The notes beneath the pieces were generated by a model, which did not search any database, was not told where the DNA came from, and saw only the letters and a program-made list of their open reading frames with translations. This document shows, piece after piece, positions 26,553 to 39,279 of a stretch of DNA of 64,000 nucleotides. Each line of letters opens with the position of its first letter. Within the stretch, counting starts at the first letter, position 1. Made by a program: the position numbers and the translations under genes. Origin of the DNA: Octopus bimaculoides (lineage: Eukaryota); NCBI RefSeq assembly GCF_001194135.2, contig NC_069006.1, positions 21,784,640 to 21,848,639 of the forward strand, in the 5' to 3' direction.

Positions 26553-28051
26553 AAGAATATATATGCATGTATATACACATATATGTCCATACTTACATCT
26601 ACATGTGTATACAGATGCATATCAGGGTACAGGACGTTAGAACAATGAACTACAGACAACGGAACGAACACATAGGAAAACAGATAGCCACTTGGAATAA
26701 TTCCTTCGTCAGCTGTCTCTATTCTAACTAGACGTTTTGAAGATAAGGCAGAACGTACTGTGTCTGTGTTTGTTCTCCCACCATCATATTTTGTCTGGCT
26801 TTACATTTTGAACTTAAATACCAGTTGAACAGCACTGGGGTCGAAGTAATCCATTTGGTCCCTCAACCAAAATTACTGGCCTTCTACCAAAATTTGGGAC
26901 CAGTATTATACTTTACTAAAATTTGGCAAGCGTGCAGAATTGTCAGTATGTTGGGCAAGTTGCTCAGCATCATTTTGTCCATCTGAACGTTCTGAGTTCA
27001 ATTTCTGTTGAGGTTTACTTTGCCTTTTATCCTTTTCAGTTGATGAAATGGATACCAGTTGAGTACTGGAGTCAATGTAATAATGGACCTAATCCCTCCC
27101 CTAAATTGCTGACCTTGTGCAATTTTTTTTCTTCTTTGCTTTAGTTCTTTGATAATTACCCAAACATGAAATTATAAAATTGAATTAAAAATTGTTTTCT
27201 CTCAGAACAGATTTAGCAAATATAAAATTTAGTTGAAATTTTTTAAAACACGAAAGAATTAAATGTAATTTTATAAGCAAGTAAAATGCATCCAGTCCAG
27301 AGGTATACAATTTCAGGAATTAATTACAGAAATAATTAAATATGTATTCTATGACATAATTTACTTCTAGTGTTTAGATTAAAGAGTCAGAAAAATTCCA
27401 ATAATGATATTTTGTTTCAGTTCAGTAATGTTGATCTCTGGCGATTTAAATTCCTCATCATCGTTAGGCATCTGGGATTGGTTAGGAATTAACAGATTAA
27501 ACATTGGTGTGTGTTTAAATATATATATATATGTAGTATTTTTGCTGCTATTTCTAGCGAGTAGATGTCCTATTATAGGCGTCTCTGCATTTCAAATGAA
27601 TATATATATATATATATATATATTCTTATTCTTTTCTTTCATTTTTTTACTTGTCTCAGTCATTTGACTGTGGCCATGCTGGAGCACCGCCTTTAGTCGA
27701 AGAAATCAATCTCGAGACTTATTCTTTGTAAACCCAGTACTTTATTCTATCGGTCCCTAAGTCACGGGGACATAAGCACACTAGCATCAGTTGTCAAGCG
27801 ATGTTAGGGGGACAAACACAGAGACAGAAATACATACAATGCACACACATACACACACACACACACACACACATGACAGCCTTCTTTCAGTTTCTGTCTA
27901 CCAAATCCACTCACAAGGCTTTGGTCGGCCCAAGGCTATAGTAGAAGACACTTGCCCAAGGTGCCATGCATCTCATTTTAACACATATATTTACCATATT
28001 GTTTTGGGACTTGAGATTATCAGGCAAGTGTTCTGTGCATCAGATATGATG

Positions 28052-28305
28052 CACCTGGACTGGCTTGTGCGGGTGGCACATAAAAGACACCATTTCGAGC
28101 GTGGCCGTTTTCGTGCGGGTGACACGTAAAAGCACCCACTACACTCTCTGAGTGGTTGGCGTTAGGAAGGGCATCCAGCTGTAGAAACTCTGCCAAATTA
28201 GATTGGAGCCTGGTGTTGCCATCCGGTTTCACCAGTCCTCAGTCAAATCGTCCAACCCATGCTAGCATGGAAAGCGGACATTAAACGATGATGATGATGA
28301 TGATG
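28052..28305 (+). mobile_element. SINE family A, young copy ~400 bp upstream of RAD51C exon 1
   Basis: Near-identical to 1220-1489. Confidence 0.85.
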
Positions 28306-28709
28306 ATCCCTCATTTTATATGTTCTGAGTAATGTAATAAGTTCCAAGTTACTCTGGTGGTTGAAAATAATTGACATAGACACCAAAGAAATATGTTTCA
28401 TATATCACATGTGATACACAGGACAGACAGTGGGTTAACATGAACCTCAGGAGGATCTGTTGTATGGGTCATATGTACTACCCCTCCTCTGACTAAATAA
28501 TTGAAAACAATAGTTATATGTTGTTGTTATTGTTTCTATTCAGTCACAGCTCAGTCCTCAATTGACCAGACATACGGTCAGGAATGTCCAGGTTAATGTA
28601 TGGTAAAAAGTAAAATGCATGGAATTGTTTTTGAATTTCTATTCTTTCTCATCCTACCAACAAGGATTTGGTTCCTGAATGAACCCTCAAAGAGGTAAGC
28701 CCCTTGAAA

Positions 28710-28833
28710 ATGCAGAACCAACGAGAAATCAGTTCTTTCCCTTTACCACCGAACTACCAGAGCAAACTGCTTTCAGCTGGATATTTGATTGTTGATGACT
28801 TGAAAGATGTAAAACCATCTGAACTAAGTGAAG
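28710..28833 (+). CDS. RAD51C: RAD51C coding exon 1 (MQNQREISSFPLPPNYQSKLLSAGYLIVDDLKDVKPSELSE, phase-1 donor)
   Basis: Closely resembles the human RAD51C N-terminus as I recall it ([39 protein letters not shown]). ATG in aaaATG context; donor G|GTCAGT at 28833/28834. Confidence 0.93.
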
Positions 28834-30793
28834 GTCAGTATATGTGTGTGTGTGTGTGTATAAATATTTCTTTGCTATGTACACCAGAAGTAGTAATAGT
28901 TTAAAACAGCAATTTGTCATCATCATCTAATGTCCATTTTCTCTGCTGGTGTGGGTTGGACGGTTTGACAAGAGCTGGCAAGCCAGGGGACTGTGCCAAG
29001 GTCTGTCTGTTGTTTGTTTTGACTGTTGTGACATGGTTTTTCTACAGCCAGATGCCTTTCCTAATGCCAACCACTCTACAGAATGTACTGAGTACTTTTT
29101 GCATGGTACCAGCACCAGTGGTGTCACCGAGTAGCTTGAAAGAAAAACACCCGTCCACTGGTGGGGGAGGGGGTAGTAATATTGAGGGTGGTCTGTTTTG
29201 GCAAGGTTTCTATGGCTGGATGCCCTTCTTAGCGTCAAACACTTTACAGAGTGTACAAGATGCTTTTTGCATAGCACCAGCACCAGTGGGATCAGCAAGT
29301 CACTTGCATGACAAAGTCCCCTTAACTGGGTGGGAGATATGGCTTTGTGCCAGTTGATGAGAAGTCAAAAGTATAGTAGGGGAATAGAGATAGGTGTCTT
29401 CCTGTAGAAGAGAAACAAGGATACCCCAGTTGGAAGAGAAAGGAGAGAGAGATGGTGGTGGAGATGTCTTAGGTTATACCCTCAAGGTACATTTGGGGTA
29501 GAATACATGTGTATCATACTTTCAAATTTCTCCAGTCCACACTGCTATAAACGACAGGCTGGCATTCCATTCAGTGAGATTGTTGACCTGTCCATGGAGG
29601 CATGTGGCTTAGTGGTGAGGATGTTGGACTCGTGATCATAAGATGGTGGTTTCGATTCCTGGACCAGGCGATGCATTGTGTTCTTGAGCAAAACATTTCA
29701 TTTCACGTTGCTCCAGTCCACTCAGCTGGCAAAAATGAGTAACACTGCGATGGACTGGCGTCCCGTCCAGGTGGGGAATTTATATGCTGTGAAACTGGGA
29801 AACCGACAATTTACTCATCGCACCCTGTGTATATAAATATAAACTCCCTATAAAGTTGGGTTCAACCACTTAGGGTGGTGAGGGCACCAACAGAACCTGT
29901 GGATGCCAACCTTTGAAATTGTAGAAAACAGTATTAGTTATTTGAACATAAATAAAACGCTCTCACAAGTGTATGGTACATACATGTGCACACATACACA
30001 TTAACATACGTAGTACAGTCTTACATACATACATACATACATACAATCATACACATGCATACAGATATACACATGCATGCATACATAGTCATACACATAC
30101 ATACATACACACACATACATACTTTCATACTTACATATACACATACATACATACATTGAGACACATATTCATATTGCATACATACATATACACACACACA
30201 TAAAAACAGACGTACATATATACACGCATACACACATACCACACTCTTACACCCCAAAATACACTGTATTAGTTTACACAAGAACGCTTTTGTTTCACCA
30301 TTTTTTCCAGTGTTTTGTTGCTATTTTCATGTTTTTGATCGTTTTTTTTTTAATGGTTTTCTTTTTCTCTTTTATTTGTGAAACAACGATACACAAAGAT
30401 TATATTTAGATGGAAATCTGTGCCAGGTGGCCTACACTCACTATGGGATATTTATATACTACTTAACACCGCCCCCCCGCCACACATATACATACACATG
30501 TACACAACATACACATATACACACATATGTGCCCAACATTCACATATACATACACACACGTATATAAACATTGTGAGGCAGCAAGGAAGACTATGTGGTT
30601 GCTCAGCCTGCTAGATATAGCAGTTAAATCTGAAATCACACTCTACTTACTGTCTTATTGAAAAACAAAAGAAAAAGAGCACATTGGATCATCATCACCA
30701 TCATCTTTGTCATCATCATCATCACCTCTATCTCTTTGGCACAGCCGGAATAAACAGGAAAGTATTAGATAGTTGAAAAGAACATATATATAT

Positions 30794-30981
30794 CGTCGTC
30801 GTCGTCGTTTAACGTCCGCTTTCCATGCTAGCATGGGTTGGACGATTTGACTGAGGACTGGTGAGACCAGATGGCTACACCAGGCTCCAATCTGATTTGG
30901 CAGAGTTTCTACAGCTGGATGCCCTTCCTAACGCCAACCACTCAGAGAGTGTAGTGGGTGCTTTTACGTGTCACCCGCACG
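30794..30981 (-). mobile_element. SINE family A, young copy in RAD51C intron 1
   Basis: Near-identical reverse complement of 1300-1489. Confidence 0.85.
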
Positions 30982-33900
30982 AAATATATATANNNNNNNN
31001 NNNNNNNNNNNNNNNNNNNNNNNNNNNNNNNNNNNNNNNNNNNNNNNNNNNNNNNNNNNNNNNNNNNNNNNNNNNNNNNNNNNNNNNNNNNNNNNNNNNN
31101 NNNNNNNNNNNNNNNNNNNNNNNNNNNNNNNNNNNNNNNNNNNNNNNNNNNNNNNNNNNNNNNNNNNNNNNNNNNNNNNNNNNNNNNNNNNNNNNNNNNN
31201 NNNNNNNNNNNNNNNNNNNNNNNNNNNNNNNNNNNNNNNNNNNNNNNNNNNNNNNNNNNNNNNNNNNNNNNNNNNNNNNNNNNNNNNNNNNNNNNNNNNN
31301 NNNNNNNNNNNNNNNNNNNNNNNNNNNNNNNNNNNNNNNNNNNNNNNNNNNNNNNNNNNNNNNNNNNNNNNNNNNNNNNNNNNNNNNNNNNNNNNNNNNN
31401 NNNNNNNNNNNNNNNNNNNNNNNNNNNNNNNNNNNNNNNNNNNNNNNNNNNNNNNNNNNNNNNNNNNNNNNNNNNNNNNNNNNNNNNNNNNNNNNNNNNN
31501 NNNNNNNNNNNNNNNNNNNNNNNNNNNNNNNNNNNNNNNNNNNNNNNNNNNNNNNNNNNNNNNNNNNNNNNNNNNNNNNNNNNNNNNNNNNNNNNNNNNN
31601 NNNNNNNNNNNNNNNNNNNNNNNNNNNNNNNNNNNNNNNNNNNNNNNNNNNNNNNNNNNNNNNNNNNNNNNNNNNNNNNNNNNNNNNNNNNNNNNNNNNN
31701 NNNNNNNNNNNNNNNNNNNNNNNNNNNNNNNNNNNNNNNNNNNNNNNNNNNNNNNNNNNNNNNNNNNNNNNNNNNNNNNNNNNNNNNNNNNNNNNNNNNN
31801 NNNNNNNNNNNNNNNNNNNNNNNNNNNNNNNNNNNNNNNNNNNNNNNNNNNNNNNNNNNNNNNNNNNNNNNNNNNNNNNNNNNNNNTATATGCATGTATG
31901 TATATAAATTTCTACTAAAGAAAAACATCAAGACTTTCTCAAAAAGTAAAGTTTAAAAAAGAAACGCAGTTTTACATGAATATTTTACATCAGAAAAAAA
32001 AATTAGGAAAAAAAAACCTAAGTTAAAAACAAGAAAAAACAATCAATATATCAAAAGATAAACCCATTATCCCATTGATGTGATTGTAAACGAGCTTTCA
32101 AGGAGATGAAATTTAATGAAGCTGTCAAATATATCTCCATGAGTCAGCCATAGTTTCCAATGGCACTCTGCCTTTGTTAGTCATTTATGCAAATGGCATG
32201 AGGACACATTGACAGAGCATCGTACTATCATGTGAATTTTATATCTTGTCGATATTTTACATCTGTTGGGTTCTTTTCATTTTTATGTGTTGGTGCAGGT
32301 GTGGCTGTGTGGTCAGAAGTTTGCTTCCCAACCACATAAAAAGCACCCACTTCACTCTGTAATGTGGTTGGCATTAGGAAGGGCATCCTACTGCAGAAAC
32401 CATGCCAGAACAGATATTGAAATTCAGTGCACTCTTCTGGGTTGCCAGCTCTTGTGGAACTGTCCAACTCATGCTGGCACGGAAAATGGACATTAATTGA
32501 TGATGACGATGAGTTCAACATATAATTGCCACTTACAAAATCTTCATCATCATCATCATCATCATCATAATGATGAGTTTTTCCGTGCTTGCTTGATTTG
32601 GACATCATGTGTTACGGAAATGCCAGTAAATCCAGGGATATTATAGAACTGGAATTGCTTCTCAAAGACTTCGTTTTCAGAGATTATTAGATTGCTTTTG
32701 GGGTTGTTTTGTTAATGATCTTTAGATTATTTTCCCATTACATCTTTTTATCTTTTTTCTTCTTTATGTATTCCATTGACGTCAACAGATCTGAAATGAT
32801 TTGGAGAAAATGACATTATTACATAGAATTGCTTGATGCCAGAACAGTAATTCCAAACTCAAATAAAAGACAAAAACAAACAAGCCAAAAAGGAACATCA
32901 TTTAGACTCGATGGTTTGCATATTCATTTGTGGAGGGGCTGGCATGGGACCACCAGCAAAAGAGAGCACTGGTGGACCTGGTCAGCTCTATGCATGATGA
33001 CATCTCTGGGACCTCTAACCTAGGATGACCCCAGCCTCTCATCCTTTTGGGGGGTTGATAAAATAAGTACCAGTTGAGCACTGGAGTCAGTGTAATCACC
33101 TTAGCCCCTTCCTGAAGACTGCTGGCTGTGTGGCAAAATTTGGTGCAGTTTGTTTCTGGTCATCTCTACCTCTTTTGTGCTTCTGGTCTGTGCCGCTGGG
33201 TTTATAACTATTACATTGAAAAGTGGGTTCAGTGCCACACAACACTTTATCCATTGAAAACAAACTCACTCACAAGAACCTTTTTGGACCCTTGAAGTGT
33301 TTGCATAGATTTACTGAGTTTAGAAAGTGGTCTGACTTGGTCATGAGTGACTTCTACCGCATGTATGTGTGTCTGTGTGTGTGTTAATGTATATATATAT
33401 ATATCTTTGAATGTGTATGTTTGTGTATATGTATATGTTAATATTTGTATATGCATGTATGTGTATTTGAGTATGTTTGTGTATGTATTGTATGTATGTA
33501 TGTATGTATATATCTTGGAGTTTCTGTGTTTGTGTTTGCATGTGTATGTATGTATGTATATATGTAGCTTCAAGTGTGTGTGTGTGTGTTTGTGTGTATG
33601 TATGTGTTAATATATGTGTGTGTATGCATGTATGTACATGTATGTATGTATCTATGTAATTATATATACTTGCATACATTTGTGTGTGTGTATGGGTATA
33701 TTTGTCTACGTTTTCCTTCCATAAGTATGTGCACATGCTTCTACTAGATCACATCTGATTGTCATGTATTTCATTGTGTATATATACATATATATATGTG
33801 TTTGTATGTGTGGACTTTTACATTCTAATGTAAATTGCTTTTGTAATTTGCATCATGTGGCTTATATTGTTCACTCTTCCTCACACACACCAATCCCTTT

Positions 33901-34483
33901 CTCTCTCTCTCTCTCTCTTCATTGTTAGTGTTTTTTCGTTACTCATATTCATCTATTTATGTTTCCTTTGTAACACACAAAAAGGAGACTCGAAACGCTT
34001 TTTGTTTTTTTCCACCTGAAACTCCTTCTAACGACCTAACATTACTAAATGATGTCAAACAGCTGTTACTGTTTGCATATAGGAGAGACGGAATGGATTG
34101 GATCTGGCTGACAGCCAAGTCCACTGCAAAGATTCATGCTGACATTTTGTCAGGGACGGGCAAGTTGTGTAGCCATGAAATGGTTCTTCACCCCTTAAAC
34201 ATTTTTACTTCCTTTTTTGTCCTGTTAGCTATTTCTTCCATGCCCACTTCATCTTCACTCTACCCCAGAGTGGTGTTGGATGTTTAACAAGAAAACATTT
34301 TATTATTTTATTCTCAAATGCCAGCATGGCCGTGTGGTTAAGGAGCTCACTTTACAAGTAGATGATTCTAGGTTCAGTCCTACAGTGTGACATCTTGGGC
34401 AAGTGTTTCCTTCTATAGATCTACAATGAACAATGCCTTTTGAATGAATTTGGTAGATGGAAACTGCATAGAGNNNNNNNNNN

Positions 34484-34516
<33 letters not shown>

Positions 34517-34554
34517 GTATATATATCTATACATCTCCACACGTATACTTCGCT

Positions 34555-34680
34555 GAAAACCATAGAAAACCATGTCAAATCAGACTGGAGTCTGGTGCAG
34601 CCTTCCAGCGTGCTAGCCCAGTCAAACCGGCCATCCCATGCCAGCATGGACAACAGACATTAAATGATGATGATTATGAT
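34555..34680 (+). mobile_element. SINE family A 3' part, just upstream of RAD51C exon 2
   Basis: agaaaaccatgtcaaatcagactggag...catgccagcatggac...(gat)n. Confidence 0.75.
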
Positions 34681-34732
34681 ATATATGTATATATATATAT
34701 TGATGCTGTTTTTTTATTGACTTTGTCCATAG

Positions 34733-34979
34733 ATTTGGAGATACGCCATGAAGAAGCCATGGAAATTCTGAACTGTATACACAAGAATGGTGCTCCTTTA
34801 AAAACTGTGACTTCTGGTGGAAACACTGTGTCAGCTTTTGATTTATTACTCAAAGAACAGAACTTGCAGAATATTGTGACATTTTCTGAGAAATTGGATT
34901 CCATGCTGAGTGGCGGTATACCATTGGGCAAGATTACTGAGTTCTGCGGGGCTCCAGGCATTGGTAAAACCCAAATGTG
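34733..34979 (+). CDS. RAD51C: RAD51C coding exon 2 (DLEIRHEEAMEIL...IVTFSEKLDSMLSGGIPLGKITEFCGAPGIGKTQM)
   Basis: Acceptor ttgtccatag| at 34732; RecA/RAD51 Walker A motif GAPGIGKT; donor TG|GTAACT; phases 1 and 2 match the neighbouring exons. Confidence 0.97.
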
Positions 34980-35389
34980 GTAACTGGTTTTTCGTTCTTT
35001 ATGTTTGTCTATGTGCATGTATGTGTGTGTGTCTGTGTCTGTTTGTGTGTATGTGTGTGTGAGTGGGGTTCAGAATAAATACCTGGGTGCCACAATAAGT
35101 GATGAAAGCAGTTGCTGTTGGAAATGGTATCCACCCCAGAAGACATTGCTCTAAAAAGTCCTCTCGGGCCTGACCTATGCAAGCACAGAAAATGAAACCT
35201 TAAAAAAAAAGAAATTATGTTAATAGTGTGTATGTGTGTGTGTGTGTATACATTCTAACAGAATATATTTTTGGGGTTATACCATCACCCCCATATATCT
35301 ATCAATCAAAATCTCAATGGAATTCTTAACATTTCTGAAGCTAATATCTGCGACAATTAATTCTGTCTTTTTATTTGAATTTCTCCCAG

Positions 35390-35544
35390 CATGCAACTGG
35401 CTGTTGATGTCCAGATTCCTGAATGTTTTGGTGGTGTGGAAGGAGAAGCCATCTACATAGACACAGAAGGCAGTTTTATTGTCGAAAGACTTCAGGACAT
35501 TGCTGAGGTGACTGTTCGCCATTGCCAGAATCTCAATACGGAGG
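35390..35544 (+). CDS. RAD51C: RAD51C coding exon 3 ([40 protein letters not shown]...NTE)
   Basis: Acceptor ttctcccag|; the RAD51C-diagnostic [25 protein letters not shown]; donor G|GTGAGT. Confidence 0.97.
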
Positions 35545-35555
35545 GTGAGTAGAAT

Positions 35556-35800
35556 CATCATCGTCGTCGTTGTCATCATCATCATCATCATCATTGTCGT
35601 CATCATCTTCTTCGTCATCTTTATCATCATCATTGTCGTCGTTGTCATCATCATCATCATCATCATTGTTGTCATCATCATCGTCATCTTTATCATCATC
35701 ATTGTCATCGCTATCATCGTCATCATCACTCTTATCATCATTATCATCGTCACCATCATCATCATCATTATCATCATCATCACCATCATCATCATCCTCA
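35556..35800. repeat. Imperfect (CAT/CGT)n trinucleotide tract at the start of RAD51C intron 3
   Basis: ~245 bp of interrupted atc/gtc triplets starting ~11 nt after the donor. Confidence 0.9.
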
Positions 35801-36082
35801 TACAACCATTTTCAATGCTCGTCATGGTTTAGACATGTTTCACATGTACCTGTTTAATTAACATAAATGACACGAGTTCATTAATACTGTTACGGTGCAA
35901 GGTCCTGTGAAACAGGGCTGCCCAGTAAACTTGTCTGGCAGACTCAGGAACTATGGTGTTGCCATATATATATATATATATATATATGAATATATGTATA
36001 TGTGTGTGAGTGTGGGTGTTTGTTTGTGTCTCCGTGTACTACCATTGTGTAACAGCTCTGAGTGTCAACATCATAGAAGTGT

Positions 36083-36300
36083 CCGTCATCGTTTAACATT
36101 TGTTCATCCTGCTGGCATGGGTTGGACGGTTTGACAGGAGCTGGCCTGCTGTAGTGTTGCCTGGGCTCCAGCTGTCCGTTTTGGCATGGTTTCTGTGGTT
36201 GGATAACCTTTGCTAATGCCAACCATTTAGCAGAGTGTACTAAGTGCTTTTACGTGGCACCAGCATGGGGCACTTTTATGTGACACTGGCACGGTTGCTT
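36083..36300 (-). mobile_element. SINE family A, antisense copy in RAD51C intron 3
   Basis: Reverse complement of the family A 3' consensus. Confidence 0.75.
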
Positions 36301-36720
36301 TAATTTTGCACCAACACCCACGAGCCTATAAGACTAGGGTCTCTAGGCTGAGAGAGAGACATGCCTGTATGCAGAGATGGCCATGGTTTTACTTAGCTTG
36401 ATATGTCTTCTCAAGCATAGAAGTCTTGGTCCATTGATATTACATCTGTGAAGCCCGACATCTGAAGATCCTTCCTCACCACTTTGACCACGGGGAAATT
36501 TCCACCTTGCTTGGAAACAGGTAAACATTGGTGACAGAAGGGCAACCAGCTGTGGAAGATCTGACTCAGTAAATTCTTTCCGACAAGCATGCCAAAGTGG
36601 ACGTTAAAACAGGGATGATGGTGATGTAAGTATTCTGGTTGGCTGTTGAAGAACTTTTAAGTGGTTGGTGTTTAATTCTGGGTTCGTGTTGCTAAGCAAC
36701 CATTACTTTATATATTTCAG

Positions 36721-36848
36721 GAGACACTCCTGTCACATTCACCACTGACCAAGTACTAAACGGTATCCATTACTTCCGTTGTCGGGATTATGTAGAACTC
36801 CTGGCTATCATACACCTGCTTTCAGAACTCATTAAGGACCGTCCTAAG
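36721..36848 (+). CDS. RAD51C: RAD51C coding exon 4 (GDTPVTFTTDQVLNGIHYFRCRDYVELLAIIHLLSELIKDRPK)
   Basis: Acceptor tatatttcag|; I.YFRCRDY.ELLA motif; donor AAG|GTAACC. Confidence 0.96.
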
Positions 36849-37784
36849 GTAACCCTATCATTCTTTGTTCATATTATGTTCTTATTTCACTGAAGGTCAT
36901 TATCGTCATCATTTAATGTCTGTTTTCCATGCTGGCATGGGTTGGATGGTTTGATAGGAGCTGGCACCAGGCTCCAGTTGTCTGTTTTGGCAAGATTTCT
37001 ATAGCTGGATGTTCCTCACAATGCCAACCATTTTACAGAGGGTACTGGTTACTCTGAAAATGGCACTGGCGTGGGTGCCTGTCATGTGCCATTGGTATGG
37101 GTTCTTCTTTTGTGGGACTGGCATGGATGCTTTCCATGTACCACTAGTGTGGGTACTTTTTACGTGGTACTGGCATGGGTACACTTATGTGACGCTGGCA
37201 CAGGTGCTTTTTTTCTGTGGCACCAGCATTGTAGTCTTTATCATCATTGCTGTCATTGGCATCATCACCATCACCATCACCATCATCATAATCATCAACA
37301 TTATCGTTTGAATGGTCTGGATTGTGTTATGGCTAGGTGCTATGGAGCTAAGAGGTTGGTGCGAGAAAGATCAGAGTGGCTGTGGGTCCAGAGTGTGAGG
37401 TCTGGAAATTGTAAGTGAATGTGTTTCACTGGGAGAATGAACAGTCTTGGGTAGATGAGGGGTAAGTGGAATTTTGTTTATAGGTGTTCATAGAGAGGGG
37501 AGGAGAGTGGTGGCTTGGTCAATGGCTTAGGAGTTGGTGGGAGAGCCACATGGAGCTTAGGTCTTTCGAATTATTATGTAGAGGTTCATATTTTATCTGA
37601 TAATATTTAGGAAAAATGTAGGGCAGTGAATTGGTGGTGATGATAATTAGCAAGGTGATGATGATAATTAGTAAGGCGGTGATGAAGATGACAACACTGA
37701 TGCTAGCAGTGATGTTGATAGTGATGATGCTGATGGTTTTATGAAATATTTCATTAACATATTGGTTTTTATTCTATTTTTTAG

Positions 37785-37916
37785 GTGAAACTGGTCATCA
37801 TTGATAGTATAGCTTTTCATTTTCGTCATGACTTTGAAGACATCAGACTCAGGACTTGTTTGTTAACAACCATTGCCCAAAGTCTCATCCAAATTGCCAA
37901 CAAACATACGTTAGCG
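37785..37916 (+). CDS. RAD51C: RAD51C coding exon 5 ([44 protein letters not shown])
   Basis: Walker B (LVIIDS); 132 bp, phase 0/0; acceptor ttttttag|; donor GCG|GTAAAT. Confidence 0.97.
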
Positions 37917-38633
37917 GTAAATATCAGCTGTTTATTATTATTATAATAATTAACATTTCTCTCCCTGCATTGAAGCAGTCTTCAAAGCTGAAGGCAGATT
38001 CATAAAATAATCTTATAAGAAAGCTTATTGAAAACGTGTACAAATTTTTATCAAAATATATTTGGTTTTTGCTAAATTAGAGACAAAAATTTTAAAATGT
38101 GTTCTTAAATATCTCTTGCACCTTGTTTAATGATGATGATGTTGTTATATATTATATCTTAGGTGTCAAGCTGGCAAAATCGTTAGCACACTGGACAAAC
38201 TTCTTAGCGGTATTTCATCAGTCCTTATGATCTGAGTTCAAATTCTGCCAAGGTCAACTTTGCATGTCATCCTTTCGGGGTTGATGAAATAAGTACCAGT
38301 GGAACACTGGGGTCAGTGTAATCAACTAGCCCCCTCCCCTAAATTTCAGGCCTTGTAGCTATAGTAGAAAGGATTATCTTTATTTCTTAAGCAGTGAGCT
38401 GGCAGAACCATTAGGTTGGTGGCAGGAAAAGCATCCAGTCATAAAAAGTCTGTTTCAAATAAACTCTGCCCGACCCATGCAAACATGGAAAAAAACGGTG
38501 AATGATGATGATAATGATAATGATGATAACAATGGTGATGGTGTTAATGATGATGATGATGATGATTTGAACTAACGAGTCCTTTTTTTTTTTTTACCTT
38601 TATGTGTGTGTGTGCACACACACCTTCCTCCAG

Positions 38634-38855
38634 GTTGTGTTAACAAACCAAATGACCACCCGCATAAACAATAACAGCTCTTCCAGCTACATGAACATAA
38701 GTGACACAACTCAAAACATGGTCCCTGCCCTAGGGGAGAGTTGGGCTCACATCTCTACCATACGTATCATCCTCTACTGGAAAGACAACCAGAGAAAGGC
38801 ATTGCTGTACAAATCACCTGAACACAAGGAGGACGTTGTTTCCTTTCAGATAACT
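38634..38855 (+). CDS. RAD51C: RAD51C coding exon 6 ([74 protein letters not shown])
   Basis: TNQMTT, PALGESW.H and LYKSP motifs; 222 bp, phase 0/0; acceptor ccttcctccag|; donor ACT|GTAAGT. Confidence 0.96.
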
Positions 38856-38899
38856 GTAAGTCTTTCTCTCTTTCTCTCTCTCTCTCTCTCTTTCTACAT

Positions 38900-39163
38900 C
38901 AGTGGTTCTTAGCCATTTTTACCTGTGGACCCCTTTTACTTGAGTGGACCTTCCTAGCCATTTGATGTCTAAAAAATCCCATTGTAATTTCAAAATCAAA
39001 TATTATGAAGAATTGTATTTAAAAAAAGTCATTAAAATATTTTATGATCTTAGAAGTATAACCAATTTTATTGCAGATAAATTTTAACAGCAAAATCTTA
39101 CATGGACTTCCAAGGGCCATATGGACCCCCAAGAATCATATAGACCCTGGTTGAGACCCACTG
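38900..39163. mobile_element. Decayed hAT-type MITE in RAD51C intron 6
   Basis: TIR pair CAGTGGTTCTTAGCC and (reverse complement) CAGTGGGTCTCAACC; no TSD retained. Related ends occur near 540-570 and 1520-1565. Confidence 0.6.
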
Positions 39164-39279
39164 ATTGAGAGGAAATGGCTAATATTATTTTGGGTTTCAT
39201 TATTGTTGTTGTTGTTTAACCACAGGTCAACACTGGGCAAACCTGCTGTCAAAGACAGTAAAAAGTACCGTTCAAGTGT

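Noticed and set aside
26590-26760. CTGACGA/CTGATGA on the minus strand here and at ~24758
   Set aside because: No GAAA follows the putative stem II, so these are not hammerheads; they are two copies of an unclassified dispersed repeat.
27430-27520. Possible RAD51C promoter (GGCGATTTAAA, two ATTGG boxes)
   Set aside because: Short motifs expected by chance in AT-rich DNA; no convincing donor to link it to 28665.
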